Positions 43,726 to 56,032 of a DNA stretch of 64,000 bases are shown here, one piece after another. The notes below the pieces were generated by a model, which was not told the DNA's origin, ran no database searches, and saw only the letters and a program-made list of their open reading frames with translations. The DNA is from Eledone cirrhosa (lineage: Eukaryota). The stretch is taken from assembly GCA_964016885.1 (NCBI GenBank), contig OZ024740.1, positions 218,736,001-218,800,000 on the forward strand, read 5' to 3'. The first letter of the stretch is position 1, and each line of letters begins with the position of its first letter. Position numbers and translations under genes: made by a program.

Positions 43726-43766
43726 TGCCTCTGATGAGAATCAAATAGGATTTGAAACCTGTCAGT
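43726..43766 (+). ncRNA. Degenerate minimal type I hammerhead ribozyme motif, possibly a Penelope-like remnant
   Basis: CTGATGA-[GAATC AAATAG GATTT]-GAAAC-CT-GTC; stem I only 2 bp. Confidence 0.4.
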
Positions 43767-44256
43767 TAGATCCATTTATTCTGTCTACAGGCAGTTTTAT
43801 ATCACAGAATTAATAGTGGTTTCATATGGGTTGGTTTCAAAAGACTTAATCTAGGATACATTAAGAGCCAGTGGCTTGAGTTAATGGCCACCACATATAA
43901 AATGCCCCCCCCGCCCCCCCCCCCCCCCCCCCCGCGCCCCTCTCTCTCTCTCTCTTTTATCATATTATATCAAACCTGAAATCAATCCCCCATCTACACT
44001 ACTTATTCAAACAGATGCTTAAATAGGTGTATTTCAGAAATTGATTTCTGAATTATCTAATGTTTTATGTAGTATCTAAATCATCAAGAAATATATATTT
44101 AGTTGTTCATCAGTCTCTTTACATTTATAAGCTTCTTTTGTTATCTTTCTCTCTAATTTAATGTTACTAACATCATAAGTAGTAAAGCTTCAGTAATAAT
44201 GTCTGGAAATTCCTTCCTTCTGACTAAATCATAAATAAAAGATGAGTTACTGTTTC

Positions 44257-44467
44257 TTAACTATTAATATCCTGTACCTCATGAAACCACATTAGAAAGA
44301 CATTCTTGAAAAGCACAAAACAGCATCACATTAAACATTAAAATATTTACTCTAATACTGAAAATTTTCACAAAGATCTGCCCCACTAGTAAAGATATAA
44401 AAATCTGAATTTACAAACCAGTTTTTAGATATTTTCTGCTAATCCATTACAGGATGTTAAAAGTTAA
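44257..44467. mobile_element. TTAA-flanked MITE, family shared with 23608-23800
   Basis: Imperfect TIR CTATTAATATCCTGTA / TACAGGATGTTAAAAG between TTAA sites. Confidence 0.55.
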
Positions 44468-44529
44468 ACCTTAAAGATTTAACCATTTAGCATTTACATT
44501 ACTCTATATATATTATATTTTCAAGATAA

Positions 44530-45093
44530 TGCCTCAACTATCCCTACTACGGTGTAACCATGTAATCGTAACGTTCACGTTTTTCCTATCTACTCCACAC
44601 ACCACAATTTCGTACATAGTCCAAACATCCAATCTCGCAAAATCCGAAATCTGTATTTTTTGTTATTTATTAAGGTTTAAATACAGTGTTTTTGTCGTAT
44701 TGAACAGAACAAATCTTGCAGTTTTGCTTTTTGTTACTCGCTGTTAAACATTCATAACCTTCCAGCTCCTTAATTCTATCGTATTCTCCAATTCCTTAAA
44801 TTCCTTAATTCCATCGTATTCCCAAACAAAAAACAAAATCCTTCCCATTCTTAATTCTATCGTATCCCCCAATTCCCTAATTCTATCGTATTCTCAAACA
44901 AAAAACAAAATCCTTCCCATTCTACTTCTTATAATTTACTTTAAATATATATATCATGCTACCTCGAAAGTCAAAAATCCCGCTCATACACCCTTCACCC
45001 ACCATCTTCTTCACGAGGGGTTGCGGTCAGCCACTCTCTCTCTCTCTTTCTCTCTCTCTCTCCCCCTTCCCACTCTCTCTCTCTCTCTCTTAG

Positions 45094-45184
<91 letters not shown>

Positions 45185-48100
45185 AGATAAATTCCCGTTC
45201 ATGTTTATTCACTTTCGCCAAACAATTGCTGCTTCAACTACCCCTACTACTGTGTAACCATGTAATCGTAACGTTCACGTTTTTCCTATCTACTCCACAC
45301 ACCACAATTTCGTACATAGACCAAACATCCAATCTCGCAAAATCCGAAATCTGTATTTTTTGTTGTTTATTAAGGTTTAAATACGGTGTTTTTGTCGTAT
45401 TGAACAGAACAAATCTTGCAGTTTTGCTTTTTGTTACTCGCTGTTAAACATTCATAACCTTCCAGCTAGCTACCCCACATCCCTCCCACCCGCCCCCACA
45501 CACCACCATTCTTAATACGTGGACCAATCATAAGCCAGAGACCCCCCCCACACGCATCACCATTATTATTATAAGCCAGAGACCCCCCCCCCCCACACGC
45601 ATCACCATTATTATTATAAGCCAGAGATCCCCCCCCCCCACACATCACCATTATTATTATTACGCGGACCAATCATAAGCCAGAGGCCTATACTATCGCT
45701 TGCACGGTTGCCTTCGATATATGATGGATGGATGGACGGACTGCGGAATCCTGGAGAGTGGAAGGGAGAGAAAAATCTGGACGCTCAGAGCGAAAATGCC
45801 AATGTTAAAGTCAAATTCACCTCGTGGACGAAAATGCGAGCACTCTTCTTTGTTTCGCCCGCGGATGGCTAACATAACCCCATCTCCCCCCGCCCCCCAC
45901 CACCCCCACCCTCCAAACGCAATCCAAAACTTCAGAGTTGGTACCATAAATGTAGGCACCCTAAAGGGTCGCGCTAACGAGGTTGTAGAAATGCTTGAAC
46001 GTAAGGAGGTCGATGTTTGTTGTATTCAAGAGACCAGGTGGAGGGGTGGGTCTGCTAGATTCATTGAGGGTAAAAAACGATGTTATAAGCTTTTCTGGGT
46101 GGGAAACGACGATGGGCTGGGTGGAGTAGGAATCATGGTAGCAGAAAAGTGGGCAGATAAGATAATAGACGTAAATAGAGTGAACGACAGAATAATTAAA
46201 ATACGACTTGTCCTCAATAGAACTACGGTGACAGTAATATCTGCGTACGCACCCCAATCCGGACTGCCCGGCACTATAAAAGACAGATTCTATGAGACAC
46301 TGATGCTCACTACCTCCCAAATATCTGACAGTGACTATATAATTATTGCAGGCGACCTAAATGGTCACGTTGGGCAACATTGTGACGGCTACGACGAAAT
46401 CCATGGAGGCTATGGGTTTGGTACTAGAAATGAGGAAGGCTCCAGAATCCTGGAATTCTGTGATGCAAATAACCTAACTATCTGTAGCACTAACTTCAAA
46501 AAATGTGACAATCACCTGATCACCTATAGATCCGGGGAACACACAAGCCAGGTAGATTATATCCTTACCAGAAGACGTGACAGAGTGTCTGTTGTAAACA
46601 CCAAATCCCTCCCCCATGAAGAATGCACCTCCCAACATAGACTGATAATTAGCGACCTCATAGTCAGGACGAGACGTACTCGACAGCAGAAGAGGACTAT
46701 CCTCAGGAGAAAAATATGGAAGCTAAAGGACCCCACAGCCAAAAATAAATTTCAAAACATATTACTTGATGCTTTCGACAGTAAGGAAGAACATTTAGAG
46801 TCGGACAATATAGAGGGACAGTGGGAATTTCTGAAAGCAAACCTGCTGTTGGCGACAGACGAAGTCTGTGGCTGGAGCAGGCCTGTAGGCAGGAGGAGAG
46901 TAACATGGTGGTGGAACAGTAAGGTGGAGGGGTCAATTAAGGCCAAAAAGCAGGCTTGGAAAGTATGGCGGGATGGGGGAAGTAGAGTAGACTATCAAGT
47001 GGCCAGGAGGGAAGCTAGGAGAGAAGTGTACTTAGCAAGAAGGGAAGCTGAGGAAAGAAAGTTCAAGCATGTCCTACAACGCGATGACCAAAAACGTGAG
47101 GTGTTCAGGATTGCTAGGCAATGCGTCAAGGAAAACCGTGATATTGTCGGGGAGAAGTGTGTACTTAACGATGATGGCATACTTGCCATCACCGACACTG
47201 ATAAGAAGGTAGCTTGGAAGTGTCACTATGAAAGGCTACTAAATGAGGAGAATAAATGGGAGAAAGACAGTCTCCCCCATGTCGACCCAATAGAGGGACC
47301 AGCAGTGTTAGTCGAGGGGAGTATAATAAGTAAGGCAATCAAGGATATGAAGACAGGTAAGGCGGCTGGGCCTTCGGAAATAGTTGCTGAGATGCTGAAG
47401 GCATCTGGCACGGTGGGACACACCATGGTCACCCGCATAGTTAACCAAGTCGTACAGAATGGGGTTGTTCCGAAGGACTGGCATAGCAGCATCATCGTTA
47501 ACTGTTATAAGGGTAAAGGAGACGCCCTAGATAGGAGTAACTATAGAGGCATTAAATTAATCGACCAGGTCATGAAGGTCACGGAAAAAGTAATAGCGCA
47601 ACTAATCAGAGAGAGAATTGACCTAGATGAAATGCAGTTCGGGTTTGTGTCAGGCAAAAGTACCACAGACGCTCTTTTCATAGTACGACAACTACAGGAG
47701 AAGTTCCTAGCTAAAGGTAAACCCCTCTACTTAGCTTTTGTCGACTTGGAGAAAGCCTTCGACAGAGTCCCCCGCTCCAAAAAACACACAGTCCCCCGCT
47801 CTTAGAAAACTAGGCGTTGACGAATGGCTTGTGAGGGCTATACAAGCCATGTATAAAGAAACAGTCAGCAAGGTTAGAATTAACAACGAATATAGTGAAG
47901 AGTTTAGCGTAAAAGTTGGCGTCCATCAGGGCTCTGTTCTCAGCCCCCTACTATTTATTATTGCCCTTCAGGCTATAACAGAGGAGTTCAAGACAGGCTG
48001 CCCATGGGAACTCCTATACGCAGACGACCTGACACTCATAGCGGAATCAATGGCCGAGCTAGAGAAGAAATTCCAAACATGGAAGCACGGCCTAGAGTCA

Positions 48101-49342
48101 AAAGGACTTAAAATTAACCTGGCTAAGACCAAAGTTCTAGTTTGTAGGAAAGAAAACAAGGCGGCGGTCCCTTCTGGGAAATGGTCGTGCTCGGTGTGTA
48201 GGAAAGGCGTAGGTAGAAACTCCATTTTATGTCCTAAATGCAAAGTATGGGTGCATAAAAGATGTAGTGGGATCACAGGTAAGCTAACTAAGAACATAGA
48301 TTTTACATGTGGCCGGTGTTCTGGTGCAATAAGTAGCAGCAAGTGCCCACAAAATACTAGCTCTTTCAATTGCGCAGAGGGTTCTATAGAAATAGTGGAC
48401 AGCTTCCGTTACCTGGGCGATAAAATCAGCAGTGGGGGAGGGTGCTCTGAAAGTACTGTAGCTAGAGTCAGAACTGGTTGGAAAAAGTTCAGAGAGCTTA
48501 TACCACTATTAGCTGCTAAAGGGTTCTCCCTAAAAATGAAAGGCAGGTTGTACGATGCCTGCATACGAACAGCAATGTTGCATGGCAGTGAGACCTGGGC
48601 ATTGTGTGCAGAGGATATACGCAGACTAGAGAGGAACGAAGCTTGCATGCTCCGCTGGATGTGTAACAGTAATATACGTGAACGGCAAAGCATAAACGAA
48701 CTAAGGAAAAAATTAGAGATAAGAGGGATCAGATGTTGTTTACTCGAGAGAAGGCTACGTTGGTATGGACATGTGATGCGCATGAAAGTCGATAGCTGTA
48801 TAACAAAGTGCAGGGCAATAAAGATAGACGGTAGCCACGGAATAGGCAGACCTAGAAAAACCTGGGACGAGCTGATAAACTCTGACCTCACACACTTACA
48901 CCTCTCCAAGACAATGTCACTGGACCGAGACCTTTGGCGGTACTCAGTAACAGAGAAGACCCGCCTTGCCAGTAGGCATCTCTAACAAAATACACCCCGT
49001 CCCGCCACCACCCCCACCCATCCACACCACCCCGTCCTATGTAAAGTTATGTTGGTGCCGCGCCATCCAGGCCGAAACAAATGAGATCGTGTAGGTGTCA
49101 CGACAAAAAACACACAGTCCACGCTGTAATGTGGCCGTGTAGGCAACACGGTAAAAACCTCAGAGACCCACACTGTAAATGTGGTTGGTGTTAGGAAGGG
49201 CATCCAACTGTAGAAAACCTGCCAGACAGTCCTATGCGAGCAAGACAATCACTCTTGCCTCAAGTGGGACTACCCCCGTCCAAACCCATGCAAGCGTGGA
49301 ACACGGACGTTAAACGTTGATGATGATGATGATGATGATGAT
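44530..49342 (+). mobile_element. RTE-clade LINE, copy 2, with a long 5' region and a 5-bp TSD (GATAA)
   Basis: GATAA at 44525-44529 and 49343-49347; (TGA)n tail 49318-49345; near-identical to copy 1 over 3.5 kb. Confidence 0.92.
45865..48985 (+). pseudogene. RTE EN-RT-PHD ORF broken by one frameshift at 47779-47797
   Basis: ORFs 45700..47805 and 47738..48985 together give the copy 1 protein; 12 nt replaced by 19 nt. Confidence 0.92.
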
Positions 49343-50660
49343 GATAAAGGCTTCATCTTAAATAATTATCTCGCATAATATCGATTGTACGAGATTTTGT
49401 TAGTTGTTTTGAGAACAATATCTTAACATAAGTATGAGCAGCTGGCTATGGCAGGTTTGAACAGAATGAGGTGAGAATTCTGGCCAGATATGGTCAGTTT
49501 AAATGTTAAAGGGTTAAGAAACAGTAACATTCGTGACCATATTCTGGGTCTCTAACAATGATGGGAAGGAAAAAAAGGAAAGTATCTTCAATCTGGAGAA
49601 CCAGACCAAATGGATTCCACCTAAATGCATCCAAGTATGAAGTGGTGGTGTTTAAACTTTGTGATGGATTAAGTGGGATTTGAACATGGAATGAACACCA
49701 CATGACATCTTACTCTCTGATACTTTGACAATTCCACCAATCAACTGCTCTGGGACAGATGATATTTTATTGTACTGATCCTGAAAAGATTAATGCAATG
49801 TTATCAGTAGGATTTGAACTCAGATTGCAGAAAATTGGAAGAAATACTGCAAGCTTGCCAATTTCTATGAATTTATACAAAAATTCTCAAACTTATAACA
49901 ATGTTTGATGTTGTATACAATCTCTGGATTTGAGATATTTTAAGCTGAAAAGCATCTGCTATTTAAGAAATTTAATGTAGATCTGTGTACCAGTCTTGAA
50001 TTGTCATCAGTGTGACATTAAGAACTACTTTTCATTTGAAAATGTATATCATGAACTGATTGTTGCTAGGAATAGTTAATTAGGTGTGGGAGAAGATGAA
50101 AGGTATATTGGATTAGAATCTCTGAGAGTTGGATATTGATAGCTGTTCTAGGCAGCAGTTTTGAATCAACGTTTTTTTACATCCCATGTCTTGTATGTCA
50201 AAGATCTGGTACATTTTAGTTTAGTTTGTAAAGCACATATACAGACAGTAAATGAAGCAAATTTAATCAAAATATCTCTTATTTTAAAAAAATTAGTTTT
50301 GAAAATGGAAAATTTATGTAATTCTATCAGAGGGCAGTGAATTACTAAAACTGCATTGACATTCAAAGAGTTAAAAGTGGATTTTTTATTATTTGCCATC
50401 AAAAATATGATGGTTAACTTAAAAAATGTCATGTATTTTAATACTAGACTTAAACTTATTTCCTTTTCACTTAAAATATTTGAAGTGGGCTATATAAGAC
50501 ATTATACATGCTGGAAACCATTTTTGCTGCTCTGGTACCTTAAATCTGTTAACAAAAGTAATGTTTTACATGTAGATGACTCCTTTTCAGTAATTTCCCT
50601 AAACATAATGCTAATTTTCTACTTGTATATATTATACATGAATGATTCTCTCACTACTAT

Positions 50661-51871
50661 TTAACCCTTTAGCATTCGCATTCATTTTCAAATGTCATGC
50701 TTATCTGTTCACATTATTTTGAGTTATTGGGCGGTGGATTGGCAGTATCGGTAGAGGGTCGGACGCCATGCTTTCCAGCATAGTTACGTCTCTTTACGAT
50801 CTGAGTTCAAATCCTGCCGAGGTTGACTTTGCCTTTCATCCTTACGGGGTCGATAAAATAAAGTGCCAGTAATGCACTGGATAATTGCTGGCCTTGTGCC
50901 TAAAGTAGAAACAATTATTTTGAGTTAATCATACATACTCAAGAGGGTTATCAATTTTATTTGTTTGTAATTTTCTTAATTTTCTATGTGCAGGCTTGAA
51001 ATTTTGTCAGATGTTTAAATATCAATAATTTACAATTATATAATTTTACCTGATTTTTTTTTTGGTGAAATTAATTAATAGAGGCATTTGAAGTATCAAC
51101 CAGGTGCAAATACTGGTTTAATTTTAAATACGTTGTTTTCGGCATAATACTTGATATATCGGTGTTCCAGTAATTCCAGTCTTGGAAATTGTTTTATACC
51201 GCACATAATATTTACGGTAAAAAATGCTTACATTTCCACAGCATCTGTCGGTAGCCAAACAGATCGGGTTTTCCTCGATTTGAAATCTGTTGTTGGGCAT
51301 ATCGATTAATCTCTTCTGCCACAACTTCGAAGAAAGTTTGTGGTAAAAACAAAAAGAAATAATCCAGTGCTTTAGCAGCATTGGGAGCTAATGTGTGTTG
51401 TGGACCAGTATTTTGAATAAAATCGGGAACATATATTAGTGTGGTATTTTTCAACCACGTTGCTGTACTATTTTCAATGGCGTCCTGGAGATCTTTCGTT
51501 TTCACTTTCAAAACAATCATCGTCGGACGAAATTTCAGAAATATAAACATCAGATTCATTTCGTTTGTTTCTTGTTTATTCTGAATGTCGTCGTTGGTAA
51601 TTGCTACTTTCATAAGTCATGTTGATACAAAAAAAAAATTTGTTGTACTTTCAAATCAAAGTTAAAAAAACACTTGTTTTAAGTTGTTTCACTATATTAA
51701 GTGTTAATTTTCGCGGTAAGGGCCTAATCTCGCAGTAGTCTCGAATTGACAAGATTTTGATGATGGTTTGTTTATTTTTAGAAGGATTTGTGGGTGATAT
51801 CGGGTGGTTTGAATAAATGAATGGGAAATAATTTCTGGAGATTTGGGGCGGTTTGAACACTAAAGGGTTAA
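50661..51871 (-). mobile_element. Internally deleted piggyBac-like DNA transposon with a transposase remnant
   Basis: TTAA-CCCTTTAGCATTC left end and GAACACTAAAGGG-TTAA right end; minus-strand peptide FIQNTGP...ALDYFFLFLPQTFFEVVAEEINRYAQQ then shifted TDAVEM*AFF, resembling the N-terminal part of piggyBac transposases. Confidence 0.75.
50728..50913 (+). mobile_element. tRNA-derived SINE with 14-bp TSD, nested in the piggyBac remnant
   Basis: Same family as 39746-39931; TSD ATTATTTTGAGTTA at 50713-50726 and 50914-50927. Confidence 0.88.
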
Positions 51872-52196
51872 GCAAGAACTGAAGTTGGTTTTACTAAGGA
51901 GGGCTAATGAGATTGAAATTATCCAGAGTTATCTCATACATGACTAGCTTATTTTGTCTTTCATCATCATCATTTACTTTTAATTAGCTTTTATGATGCA
52001 CACTGCATTAAATATGTAAATGCTAATTTAACTATTGTTTTTTTCATGCAGATAGCACTGCTGAGTAACACATTCTCAGTGATTTTATTTTCTAAGATAT
52101 GCATTAATTTGTCCACAGGAGACTGAATAGAGAAATTTCCATTATTTTAACTATAGCTGAATTCAAATCCTTCAGATTTCAAACTTAACACTGACT

Positions 52197-52670
52197 TATA
52201 ATAATGAAATTATTGTGTAAAGTGTTCAGGTGCACTACAACTCGTCAAAGGTGCACGTATAGTACATAGAATAATAAACAACAAATGTCAGGGAAGTGAA
52301 TAGTGTACGAGTTATGATATACATGTGTGTATGTGTATGGAGGGGGAACATTAGGCGTAGTGTTGGCGAATCTCGGGAAGCATGGAGGCCTTAAAGGATG
52401 CAGTGTCTCGACAGCTAACAACTGATGCAGGTAGTTTGTTCCATGCTTCAGCAACTCTGAGCGTGAAAAAATGTTTCCGACTTTGTGGGCATGCCCACTT
52501 GTGTTAGACACAGGGAAATCAAAAAGGTACTCAGGGTTGTTGTTGGCAAGATGGTTAACAATTTTGTGGGTGTTTACCAAGTCAGTTGCCAGGCGTCGGA
52601 GCGTCAATGTTTCCATGCCCAGGGTAGCAAGGCGTTCAGAGTATGGTAGATGCCTGATGGAGGGTATTCA
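52197..52670 (-). mobile_element. CR1 3' fragment, same family as 34394-35647
   Basis: Reverse complement of about 35180-35645 (METLTLRRLATDLVNTHKIVNHL). Confidence 0.85.
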
Positions 52671-55600
52671 CTTGTGTATAATGAAACTATTTCATATTTT
52701 AACTAGTTCTTACATAATTTAAAAAAATTTAAATGTTTATTTCAAGTACACACAGCAAAGCCAAAGAAAAGAAACTTAAAAGAAAAGAACAAGCAAATTC
52801 CATACCATCAGTTGAACAGCATATCTCAGCTACATCCCACTGACAAGATGACAAACACATTGCCATGAAGAAAGAACAGTCAGTGATATCTGCTGCATCA
52901 GCCATTTTACTTCATTGGGTTCCTTTGTCAGGTGTTATACTCTCATTATGATTTGGTGAAGCAGCATAGCCGTCTAGGGTCTGAGGTCACTGAAAGAGGT
53001 CTCAACAACAGTAACTGGTGTGAAATGTAAACTGTCTGCTATTTAAATCATCTTCTACTCCTTTCTCTCTACATTTTGTGTGGCAGTGCCTGGATTTATG
53101 GCTGAAACAACAAGCTTGGCACTGGAGAATGTGGTGTCCCACATGTGTGACTCACCCTCTTCAAACAGGAAAGTGTTATCTTAACAGGCTGCTGTTGTCA
53201 ATGAAATCAATATACCCAAGTCTGCCTTCAATAACATCATTCAGAGCAGCTTGATGTAGAAAGCATCTTACAAGGTGACTAGGTAGCTAGTGCATTTTGA
53301 ATTTGTCAACTGTAGCTCCTTAGCAGCTCACTTAACAAGCAACTCTGATGCATGTGCTCTCTTCAAAAAGGACGCTGGTTGTTGAAGAGGTTACAATATT
53401 GAGCCACAAGCGTCTGTTTTGTTGTGAGGCAGCCTGAAGGCAGGCGAGACAAGTATCGGACAGAATCCAGAATCTGGTTGAGCTGTATTTTTGTATCAAC
53501 CTTAATTACTGTAGTTTTAATATTTTTCATTCAGTCTTTGCTACCATAGTTTAGATATCAGTTTAACATTGAGCTGTCAACTTTTTCCCCTATGTACTCC
53601 TGTAAATACTACAATTTACATGTCTGGTTTATGCTTATATAGAAAACAGGTGTTAGCCAGAATTAGATATTTTCAGTGTACTGTGCATATAAATTAATAT
53701 AGGGTTGGATTAGCTAGATATAGTGTTTTTTATCTCATCTTACCCACTGACCTTTTTATCCTAATAAACTTGTTTTCTATTTTAGATTTTATTTCTCATT
53801 GTAGTCTGATAAAACACTTGACTATTTTAAGATAACTGAAGTCTCTTAACCTACCATGTCCCATTAAATAGGATCTATTATCTGGTAGTTTAGTATTGAG
53901 AGATAACAGCTCTAGCAGCAGCTTGCTTTCAATAAGCCTTTTATTTTCAAGTGATTCTCTTTCAAGAGCTCTTCTTGATCAGTAAAAATCACATTTAGCT
54001 TGCACTCTCTTAATCAGTGCTCAGAGACAAATTATATACACACACGCTTATGCATGCGTGTGTGTGTCTATGTATGTATGTGTGTGTGTGTATACATATA
54101 TATATCGATGTTAAATGGTAGCAAGTCAATGGAGATGATTACTGAAATGTCAGGCAAATCAACATCAAAATTGAATTGATTTGAATAGCTTGCCTCAAGC
54201 ACCAGTATGTTGATTGATGTGTACATTGAGTTATATGATTCTTCCTCTGTTAACTGCTGTTGTTAATAAGAACGAGTTGTTTCAATTGTTCCTCAACTGA
54301 TTGTGGCAAGGTGGTTTAGTTAGTTTGCTACAACATATGAACAGTTTAATTGTTACTATACTTGCTATAGTATCCCCTTCTACATTATACCTAAAGTAGG
54401 CTGTGTGTCATATTTATTCATTGCAGAGATATGAAAATACCTGAGACAATTGTTGGTAAAAGAACAAAGCCTCTTATTATTATTATTATTGAAAAACTAA
54501 TCAGTATAAATTACAACTGTATTTGTGTATGAGGAAGCATTTTTTAAAGCTATTAAATCTGCTTAAATTATTGCAAAGGAAATTGTTTACAATTATTGTA
54601 ATGAGGCTGATGATTTTTCAGCAGAAACTCCTCATTGTTAAGATAGCTTTGGTGATGTGGATGGAGTTGATGAAAATTGATACTGCATGAAAGGCTGTTC
54701 ACTACTGCAGCATTAACTGAGCTGGTTAAAGTAGGTTACTAAAATGAATGCACTGTGAATGAGACAGAGACTGGGGCTATGTTCCCAAGATATAGGGATG
54801 GGTGGGATGGAGAATTAAATGTCTGATTAGTTTGGTTAGTATTTAATCAGCAATATCCTCTCTGGAAAGGATATCCAATGACAAAGAGAATATTTAATTT
54901 CAGCTTGTAAAACAATCCATTAGTGTCTTTTTAACATTTTAAGATAGCTGTTTTCAATGTCTAGATTAAGCTTCAAATATGTGTAATCACTAATAGTAAT
55001 GCTAATAACATGCAAATTTTGTTTAGTTTTCCATCTTTTTTCTCTTCATTTTCTCAAGAATTTTACTGCTTTTATAGAGAGGATTTTATTTCATAGATGC
55101 TGTATATATTTGTGTATAGGTTGCACCTTTTCCTGAAAAAAACAGCATGTGACTTATCTACTTGACCTATAAAAGATATGTTACATTGTAAATATTGTAT
55201 GTAATATGGAGATGTGACTTTACTACTGATGCATAGTATACAAGTATATGCAGTAGTTTTAAAATCATGAGACTATTTTAAACGTAGCTTTTCTATGGCT
55301 GAATGCCTGTTTTGATGCCATTTCATACTTTTATTTTATTTTTTAAAGTAGAGTATATGCCTCTCAATTTTGGATGGATTAGCTATAGGTTATGGTGTTT
55401 TTATGAACAAACATACAAAACCATGCTTGTGACAAATTTAGTACTAATGCCATGAAAAATTGCACCCAGTATACTCTGTAAAATGGTAGTGGTGGTGCCA
55501 TGAACAAATATACTCGGTGCACTCTGTAAAATGGTTGATGTTAGGAAGAACGTTCAACCATAGAAACAATAGGGAATGCTTGAGCAAGATGAGTTTGCTC

Positions 55601-55827
55601 CGACCCATTTAGTGTGGAAAGTGATTGTAAAATGATAATACAGTAAGTTTATAGATTAATATGATGCTATAGTAAACACTTTCCCAAGGTTCCGTATAGT
55701 GGGAGCAAAACCCTATGGCTGTGAAGCGCCACACAGCCATGCCTGCACTTATAATATCATGGAAAAATGAATATAATAAAAATAAAGAAATAAAAAAGGT
55801 TCCCAACTTTTTGTTGTTGCAGAACCC

Positions 55828-56032
55828 TTAACCCTTTAAACCGACCATAGCCGGCCAGAATTCTCTTACCTCTTTCTGTTTAAACCGAGCAAAACCGGCT
55901 GCTCATACTTATGTTAAGGTATTGTTCTCAAAATAAATATCAATCTCGGAGATTCAATATTATGTGAGGTAAAGTGTTTACCAAGAAAATACAATAGTAT
56001 ATATATAGAGAATGTAAATGCTAAAGGGTTAA
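55828..56032. mobile_element. piggyBac-type MITE (~200 bp)
   Basis: TTAA-CCCTTTA...TAAAGGG-TTAA; reverse orientation of 61447-61673. Confidence 0.8.

Larger units (their letters stand above)
44479..49517. mobile_element. piggyBac-type MITE split by the RTE insertion (halves 44479-44529 and 49343-49517)
   Basis: Joined halves reproduce the MITE at 61447-61673 and 55828-56032; ends TTAA-CCATTTAGCATT and AATGTTAAAGGG-TTAA. Confidence 0.8.

Noticed and set aside
43904-43955. Long poly(C) tract, possible G-quadruplex on the minus strand
   Set aside because: Simple homopolymer of uncertain length with no supporting context
53130-53480. Faint mariner-like peptides (EINIPKSAFNNII; LKAGETSIGQNPESG)
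   Set aside because: Too short and degenerate, in unexpected order, no TIRs found; needs a translated HMM search
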